Below, one piece after another: positions 58,150 through 64,000 of a stretch of 64,000 nt of DNA. Made by a program: the position numbers and the translations under genes. The stretch's first letter is position 1. Each line of letters opens with the position of its first letter. The notes beneath the pieces are model-generated. The model was not told where the DNA came from. It was given only the letters and a program-made list of their open reading frames with translations, and ran no database searches. Source of the DNA: Candidatus Omnitrophota bacterium (GTDB lineage Bacteria > Omnitrophota > Gorgyraeia > Zapsychrales > Fredricksoniimonadaceae); NCBI GenBank assembly GCA_903901225.1, contig CAIUQE010000001.1, positions 2,563-66,562 of the forward strand, given 5' to 3'.

Positions 58150-59425
58150 AATTGTAACCTCCGTTACTGTAACCAAGGTTACTATATGAAACATTGTTTG
58201 TCAATGCCCTGTGATTCGCCCTGGTAAAAACCATCTGGGCGACATGGATATTGCGCATGTGGAAAGCCGCGGCACAATAAGAGAAGTAATATTCCCACTT
58301 GCGAATAAAAGACGCGTTGAACCCCATGGCCGTCATTTTATCTACATTTTGACGGAAATTCTCGCGCCAGCTTAAAAGCGTCTTTGAATAAAAAGGCGTG
58401 ACATCCTCATAGTCCAGGAGACCCATCGTACCCGTTTCCTGAAAAGTATTCATGATCCGGGCCATTGATGGCAAAACACTGCCAGGGAAAATGTGCTTCT
58501 GCGTCCAGTCCGCACGCTTGCGAAAACTTTCGTAACGATGGTCCGGACACAGGATCCCCTGGATGCCAAGAATGCCATCCTGGCGAACAAGTTTCTGACA
58601 GACGGCGATATAATCTTTCAGGAAATGGTGGCCCACCGCCTCGATCATCTCAATCGATATCAGTTTGTCGAACTGTCCCTCCAAATGTCTGTAGTCAGAA
58701 AGGCGGACCTCCACCCTGCCCTCAAGGCCCTCGCGTACGACCAGCTCTTTAACATAATCGAATTGTTCTTTGGATATCGTGACCGTTGTGACATGGCAGC
58801 CGGAATTCCTGGCGGCATAAACCGCAAAGCCGCCCCAGCCGCTACCGATCTCAATCACTTTATCACCGGAACTGATCCTGAGCTTACGGCACCATTGAGC
58901 ATATTTCTCAATTTGTGCCTGCTGGAGAGTCATTTCCGGTGCGCGATAATATGCGCAAGAATAGGCACGGGTCGGATCCAGGAACAGAGCAAAGAAGTCA
59001 TTGCTCAGGTCATAATGCTCCTGGATATTGCGCTGACTGCCATTGAGGGTGTTACGCCGCGTAGAATGAGCCAGGCGGTCAATGAACCAAAAAAGATTAA
59101 AAACATTAAAACCGGGGCGGTCATACGCCAGCGCAGGACAAGCGTCAATGTTCAGGACCATCCAGGCAATGACCTTAAAGACGTCCGAAGTCTCCCAATC
59201 GCCATCGACAAATGATTCACCGAACCCAACATCCCCAAAGAGAACTGTCTTGCGAAAGAATGCGATATCCTTCACCCGGATATCCGCATTGATGCTATTG
59301 GCGTCATACACGCCGTAACAGATCTCCTGACTGTCGGGCAAGGTCATTTTCATGCTGCCCAGGCGCATTTGTGAGAAGAAGTTACGGATGATATATTCCC
59401 ACCAGGAATGATGCGCCCGCCTCAT
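58133..59425 (-). CDS. cfa: Cyclopropane-fatty-acyl-phospholipid synthase family methyltransferase
   Basis: GESFVDGDW, NIQEHYDLSNDFF, YSCA, IEIGSGWGG, ISIEMIEAVG, IFPG, WEYYF.YC.A.F. Confidence 0.93.
   Translation of the reverse strand: MRRAHHSWWEYIIRNFFSQMRLGSMKMTLPDSQEICYGVYDANSINADIRVKDIAFFRKTVLFGDVGFGESFVDGDWETSDVFKVIAWMVLNIDACPALAYDRPGFNVFNLFWFIDRLAHSTRRNTLNGSQRNIQEHYDLSNDFFALFLDPTRAYSCAYYRAPEMTLQQAQIEKYAQWCRKLRISSGDKVIEIGSGWGGFAVYAARNSGCHVTTVTISKEQFDYVKELVVREGLEGRVEVRLSDYRHLEGQFDKLISIEMIEAVGHHFLKDYIAVCQKLVRQDGILGIQGILCPDHRYESFRKRADWTQKHIFPGSVLPSMARIMNTFQETGTMGLLDYEDVTPFYSKTLLSWRENFRQNVDKMTAMGFNASFIRKWEYYFSYCAAAFHMRNIHVAQMVFTRANHRALTNNVSYSNLGYSNGGYNYEILR
58154..58182. promoter_or_regulatory. 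Tandem palindromes GTAAC-N4-GTTAC upstream of the ATPase gene
   Basis: Minus strand GTAACCTTGGTTAC-A-GTAACGGAGGTTAC. The second copy contains the GGAGG RBS, and TTGACA lies at 58199-58204. Confidence 0.6.
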
Positions 59426-60213
59426 GACTTGAAACCTCCCTTATGTCTTTCACAAAAAAAGCCGCGCTGCAAATGGGCATTCTCGTCCTTCCAAAAGAAC
59501 GGGACCTTCTTCAACCATAAGATCAACGCATGAATATGAATGAAGATGATCACCTGCCAGGTCACCCATGGAAAACAAAAGGTCAGCCAGAGAAGATTTG
59601 ACGTGTTGAGCGCTCGCCGCTTGCCTGTCAAAGAAGCGAAGAAAGGCTTCTTGCCGTCCCTCACGACATCCACGGTCAGGGAAAGAGCCTCATCGGGAAC
59701 AACCAAGATCATATCAAGATCGCTATCGCTGGGCATAAAAGGAGAAATGTAAAAAGACTGCTGCTCTTTGCGGCGGAAAGCCCCATCTGTAAAATGCTCC
59801 TGGGACAGAAAAAAAAGTTTTTGCTCTTGAAAAGTGTTGGTGATCTGAAGAACGGCCGCCAATTCTTTGCCGTTCTTGTCAAAAAAGAAATAGAAGGATG
59901 CCGGATTAAAGACATACCCACCGGTTCGAAGGCCGGTCAAAAGCATGACCCGACCAACCTCCTCTTTAACGCCATTATCTCGCACAAAATTTGCGATGCG
60001 CTCCCTGAGCGACCCGCCCCTGTAGGGAACATGATCATCATCGCGGAACTCATACAGGTGCCCGGGGCCTCGTCCGATCACAGGACAGCTGCGGTGTATA
60101 TGATCGATCTCGTCCAAATCTAGATAGAACAAGAAATACGAATGCGCAAAACCATGCATGATCGGAGTGACCCTTTTATGCATAACCTTGCATTGATAAA
60201 GACAGGAGTTCAT
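59422..60213 (-). CDS. DUF1365 family protein
   Basis: LY...VMHKR..P..H.F, LDLDE, GYVFNP.SFYF, ITNTF.E, FYISPF, IHIHAL.LW.K. Confidence 0.88.
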   Translation of the reverse strand: MNSCLYQCKVMHKRVTPIMHGFAHSYFLFYLDLDEIDHIHRSCPVIGRGPGHLYEFRDDDHVPYRGGSLRERIANFVRDNGVKEEVGRVMLLTGLRTGGYVFNPASFYFFFDKNGKELAAVLQITNTFQEQKLFFLSQEHFTDGAFRRKEQQSFYISPFMPSDSDLDMILVVPDEALSLTVDVVRDGKKPFFASLTGKRRALNTSNLLWLTFCFPWVTWQVIIFIHIHALILWLKKVPFFWKDENAHLQRGFFCERHKGGFKS

Positions 60214-60214
60214 G

Positions 60215-61480
60215 TTAAAACCTTTTATAGCCTTCCGGTGTCCTGCCGAGTATCCGGTGAGCGACTTCAACTGCCGAAGTCAATGCATCCTCATGAAAGC
60301 CGTAACGAAAATAACTGCCGCAGAAATAAACCGGCCCATGCTCATTTAATCGTGACAGGCTCTTCTGGGCGCGGTAAGCAGCCGCGTTGAACAACGGATG
60401 ATCATAAACCCCGGACCAATGAACACGGGCAGGATCAACCGCGCCGTTGTCATTCAACGAAACCAGATAATCTTTCTTCTTCGAAACATCCTGCAGGATA
60501 TTCATATCGTATGAGATCACCGCCGGCCTTTTGCCGTCCATCCAGTAGTTCCAGGCCGCCCACGCACGCTTCAAAGGCGGCATGACCGCCCCGTCGCTAT
60601 GCAAAACAGCCTGATTGGGCTGATACCCGAAAGCACCTAAAAGCTCCCGCTCCTGACCGTCAGGCGATGCCAGCATGGCGAGCGCCTGGTCAGCATGGGC
60701 CGCGATCACAACCTGATCAAACCGCTCCCGCGCTCCGGACACATCCTGGACCATAACACCGTCTGCGGCCCGCTCGACACGAACAGCCGGACAGCTCAAG
60801 CGCACGCGCCCGGGAAAAAGAGCCAGTATCTTGTCGCGGTAATTGCGGCTGCCGCCGGCCACCGTCTTCCACTGATGCTGGCCCTGCAGGCCCAGAAACC
60901 GGTGGTTATCAAAGAATCTCACGAGCGTTACAGCCGGAAAACGCATAACCTCTTCCCGCGGACATGACCAGAGGGCCGCGGCCATGGGAACAAGGAATTT
61001 ATCAACAAAATTGTCGTCGTAACCGTTCTCACGTACATACTCGGACAACGAAGCCCCCTCCCAGCGCGGATCAGCCAAAATGGCAGCGAAATCCTTCTGA
61101 AAACGCTCGATCTGCAACAACATCCTCCAGAACCAAGGTTTGAAAATGTTGCGCTTTTGAACGAACAAATTGCTAAAACCCGTGGCCTTGTAAAACAGAT
61201 CGCCCGGAACGTCGGTCACGCTAAAAGACATCGCTGTCGCGCGCGACTTCACATCAAGCTCTTTGAACAGTTGCGTGAGGTTGGGATAAGTTGTTTCGTT
61301 GTAGACGATAAATCCGGTATCCACCGGAACAGACGCACCTTCCTCATCAATGATCACCGTATGAGTGTGCCCGCCGGGATAATCGTTCTTCTCATAAAAC
61401 GTGATATCGAAATCATGACGCAGAAAGTAGGCTGAGCCCATTCCCGCGATACCGGTACCGATCACGGCCAGCTTTTTCAT
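60215..61480 (-). CDS. FAD-dependent oxidoreductase (COG2907, amine-oxidase-like)
   Basis: IGTGIAG, GGHTHT, VDTGFIVYN..TYP, RFF.NH, AAWNY, Y.HP.F, YGFHEDA..S. Confidence 0.92.
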   Translation of the reverse strand: MKKLAVIGTGIAGMGSAYFLRHDFDITFYEKNDYPGGHTHTVIIDEEGASVPVDTGFIVYNETTYPNLTQLFKELDVKSRATAMSFSVTDVPGDLFYKATGFSNLFVQKRNIFKPWFWRMLLQIERFQKDFAAILADPRWEGASLSEYVRENGYDDNFVDKFLVPMAAALWSCPREEVMRFPAVTLVRFFDNHRFLGLQGQHQWKTVAGGSRNYRDKILALFPGRVRLSCPAVRVERAADGVMVQDVSGARERFDQVVIAAHADQALAMLASPDGQERELLGAFGYQPNQAVLHSDGAVMPPLKRAWAAWNYWMDGKRPAVISYDMNILQDVSKKKDYLVSLNDNGAVDPARVHWSGVYDHPLFNAAAYRAQKSLSRLNEHGPVYFCGSYFRYGFHEDALTSAVEVAHRILGRTPEGYKRF

Positions 61481-61558
61481 TTAACGCCTCTCGAATAGAT
61501 AGTGACTGACAAAGCACACGTCCCAAATTCAAAAGATATCTCATGCAATGGTCCCTTC

Positions 61559-61873
61559 TCAAACGTTCTCGGACAATCGCGCGACCTTCTTCAGCATACC
61601 GTTGAAAATATAATTATGAAGCGGCAAAAGACAGTACCAATACGCCATGCCCGTTAATCCGCGCGGACGAAAAGTAGCCAATTGTTGCAATTCACACAGG
61701 TCCGTGTTGATCTCTTTGATGGAGATATCAAGTGTCCCTACGCCGCCCATCAGCCGATCGATCAACCCTCGCAAAACCCACAACCATGTCCCATGATACC
61801 AACCTGTTTCACCGCCAATAGCAGCGATCACTTTCCTGCTTTTGATTGCCTGATCGATGATCTCAGCCTTCAA
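61559..61873 (-). pseudogene. Truncated and internally deleted DUF2867 (YbjT C-terminal-like) gene
   Basis: IGG..GWY....LW.LRG.IDRL.GGVG is joined almost directly to Q.ATF.PRGL.G..YWY.LLP.H..IF.GM; the usual middle segment is missing. Confidence 0.6.
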
Positions 61874-62658
61874 GAATTTATTTTTAGATTAAACCAGGGG
61901 ATAAAAGCACTGGTCGTTTGCATGTAGCGCCGGTATTCTTCCCCTCGACTGATCAAAGCCTGCCGCTCGGCATGCGGAATGCCCGTGACCTTGACCAGAA
62001 GAACAAGCATGATCAAGGCTGAAGAGCACGCCCACTGCCCGCCGGGTGATGGCCAGGCGAAAACCGCGAGTCCCACCCAGAAAGTAAACTCAAAAAAATA
62101 ATTCGGATGGCGGCTATACCGCCAGAGACCCACATCACAAACGTGCCCCCGGTTGGCAGGAACGGCGATAAAGTCCTGCAACTGCCGGTCAGCCAGTGTT
62201 TCTCCGGCCAAAGCGATCAGGGCCATAGTGATCCCTAGAAATTCCAACCCCATCAACCCAGGAAAAGAGTTGCGCGTAATCACACAAAAAGGATAAGACA
62301 AAACAATAGCCAAAAGCCCCTCGCCCATGAATAAAGCAAAATACTTTCCTCCGCTCTTTTGACCGAAGGCTTCCCTCATGGCTTGATAACGCTTATCCTC
62401 CGGGGCATTCGAGAGAAGCCGGGACAGGATATGGCTGGTTAAGCGCAACGACCACAACAGGACCATAAGAAAGAGGATCGACCGACGATAAATCACCCCG
62501 TTGTTCGACCAGGCCGTGGCTGCCGCAAGATAACAAATACTCATCGCCCAGCCCACATCCACCCAGCCCGCGTTTTTCGTGCGCCGCTCCTTGATTAAAG
62601 CGAGCAGCATGATGACAAAAACAAATGAGATCGAAAGCAAGGTCATGAATGCTTTCAT
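61870..62658 (-). CDS. DUF1295 (steroid 5-alpha-reductase-like) membrane protein
   Basis: NAGWVDV.W, WSLRL..H, EDKRY, E.LAD.QL, GLWRYSRHPNYFFE, Y..Y...TS.FIPW. Confidence 0.9.
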   Translation of the reverse strand: MKAFMTLLSISFVFVIMLLALIKERRTKNAGWVDVGWAMSICYLAAATAWSNNGVIYRRSILFLMVLLWSLRLTSHILSRLLSNAPEDKRYQAMREAFGQKSGGKYFALFMGEGLLAIVLSYPFCVITRNSFPGLMGLEFLGITMALIALAGETLADRQLQDFIAVPANRGHVCDVGLWRYSRHPNYFFEFTFWVGLAVFAWPSPGGQWACSSALIMLVLLVKVTGIPHAERQALISRGEEYRRYMQTTSAFIPWFNLKINS

Positions 62659-63089
62659 ACAGCCCTTTTCACGAATGGACCGGCCAGTACCCGCTTGGCG
62701 TAACGGACCAGCGCACCCAGTAAGAATACGCGCTCATAAACGAACTGGCCCATGTCAAAATAATCCCGGTGATAAACAACTTTACCCTCGGCATTGCGAC
62801 GCATGACCGAAACGCCATCCACCACAACCTCCCGGCCGCTGCCCAACGCCGCCACCAGACGCATTGTCCAGGGCAAAACGATTGTGTCCCCTTTAACAAA
62901 CTCTGCGCCGTGGTCAAAACGGACGCTTTTGACCGTATCATAAAGACGCGTGTAATACGCGCGGATCTCGACTGCGCCTTTAAGATGAACCACAGGATCC
63001 TTGAACTCGGCATCAGCCGCGTAGAAGTCGTCAACCAGAGACATTGTCTCTTGGCTAAGACGATCGAAGAATGACTCTGCTGTGATCAT
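62655..63089 (-). CDS. NTF2/SnoaL-like protein
   Basis: Y..DA.F.DP, W.M, G.S, HRDYFD.G..VYE. Confidence 0.88.
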   Translation of the reverse strand: MITAESFFDRLSQETMSLVDDFYAADAEFKDPVVHLKGAVEIRAYYTRLYDTVKSVRFDHGAEFVKGDTIVLPWTMRLVAALGSGREVVVDGVSVMRRNAEGKVVYHRDYFDMGQFVYERVFLLGALVRYAKRVLAGPFVKRAV

Positions 63090-63152
63090 ATCGCCTCCCA
63101 GAATGTATATCTGCTCACTTGCTAACGAAACTGCCGAGAAGGCTGAACGATC

Positions 63153-63536
63153 TCAGTCTTTCTTAACTATCAGAGGCAGATCTTTTTCAATATCAAAATA
63201 AACCAAAAACTTCTTATCTCTGTCCTCATCACAGCTCTTGCCATGACAAGAACGCCGCATGTTGTCGATCAGGACCTGATCCTCTGACTCACCGGTCTTC
63301 TTGAGGTAAAGCCGCTTGCCTTTATAACCAGGCCCGTCTTCCTTGAACAAAAAGACCGCATATGGGTTGTTCAACAAATTCGCGCGGGTCAGCCGATCCG
63401 CGGTGATAAAAGCGATCTTCTCCTCGTCAATCACCTGCGGCCTCGAATAAACAGCGGCGTTCACTTTGCCATCCTTGGCCGCTGTCGATAAGACACCTAA
63501 GCCATTCTTGCTATCAAAATATTGTTTGAGTTTCAT
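63153..63536 (-). CDS. Pyridoxamine 5'-phosphate oxidase-like (FMN split-barrel) protein
   Basis: GVLSTA..DG.VNAAVYSRP, DRLT..NL..NP.A..LF, YKGKRLYL. Confidence 0.8.
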   Translation of the reverse strand: MKLKQYFDSKNGLGVLSTAAKDGKVNAAVYSRPQVIDEEKIAFITADRLTRANLLNNPYAVFLFKEDGPGYKGKRLYLKKTGESEDQVLIDNMRRSCHGKSCDEDRDKKFLVYFDIEKDLPLIVKKD

Positions 63537-63595
63537 CGTGACCCTCCATTTTCATTGAGTAAAAACAGGCACAGCTATTTCGCCTAAAAACTTTA

Positions 63596-64000
63596 TTATC
63601 CGTGTGGCAAAGCTTTCTCAATAGCCGCCACGAGCTCAGGATCCAGCGGCTCAACACGGCTGTCATAACGGGCTATCACCTGACCACTGCCGTCCACCAG
63701 AAACTTGTTAAAGTTCCAGGTCACCGGGCCTTTGAACGCAGAATCCTCCGTCAAATACTTAAACAAGGGATTCATGTCAGCTCCCTTAACACTGGTTTTC
63801 GCAAACAAAGGAAACGTGGTTTTAAACTTGAGCTCACAGAAACTCTTGATCTCCTCATTGCTCCCCGGCTCCTGCCCCATGAAATTATTAGCCGGAAAAG
63901 CGAGAACAACAAACCCCCGGTCCTTGTACCTCAGGTACAATTCCTCCAGCCCTATATATTGCGAAGTGAATCCACAACGGGAAGCCGTGTTAACAATGAG
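63596..64000 (-). CDS. Glutathione peroxidase family, Cys type (5' end outside the window)
   Basis: Manual translation LIVNTASRCGFTSQY.GLE, then FPANNF.GQEPG and WNFNKFLV. Confidence 0.93.
   Translation of the reverse strand, partial: LIVNTASRCGFTSQYIGLEELYLRYKDRGFVVLAFPANNFMGQEPGSNEEIKSFCELKFKTTFPLFAKTSVKGADMNPLFKYLTEDSAFKGPVTWNFNKFLVDGSGQVIARYDSRVEPLDPELVAAIEKALPHG

Noticed and set aside
63961-64000. Selenocysteine glutathione peroxidase
   Set aside because: The active-site codon is TGT (Cys), not TGA.

Overview
Bacterial genomic DNA with every credible gene on the minus strand. The lineage is possibly Omnitrophota/PVC-like, but that is a weak inference from gene style only. Positions ~1-35.4 kb hold a large surface-glycan biosynthesis locus. 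It has two nonulosonic-acid synthase modules: a legionaminic-acid-like set with a NeuD-NeuB fusion, and a PseB/SpsF/NeuB set that lacks PseC/G/H in this window. It also has three cobalamin-dependent radical SAM enzymes, three SAM methyltransferases, an ABC flippase-like exporter and an unusual tailoring cassette (deacetylase-like, GNAT, LpxD-like acyltransferase, KamA-family aminomutase with altered substrate residues, PaaK-family CoA ligase). The locus is headed by an EPS-associated MarR regulator with a near-consensus sigma70 promoter and a palindromic operator. A YhcG nuclease cassette flanked by a degenerate ~83-bp direct repeat sits between marR and a C1 peptidase. The right half carries galE, GT2/GT-C glycosylation genes, metF, a Treponema/glycosomal-type gap, a histidine kinase, a frameshifted GGDEF-EAL gene, a MamA-like TPR gene, a five-gene operon of unknown function, an apparently inserted ATPase-nuclease gene, a cfa/DUF1365/FAD-oxidoreductase lipid-modification cluster and a glutathione peroxidase. 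I found no rRNA, tRNA, CRISPR array or transposase. All family assignments come from motif recognition by eye, with no database search.
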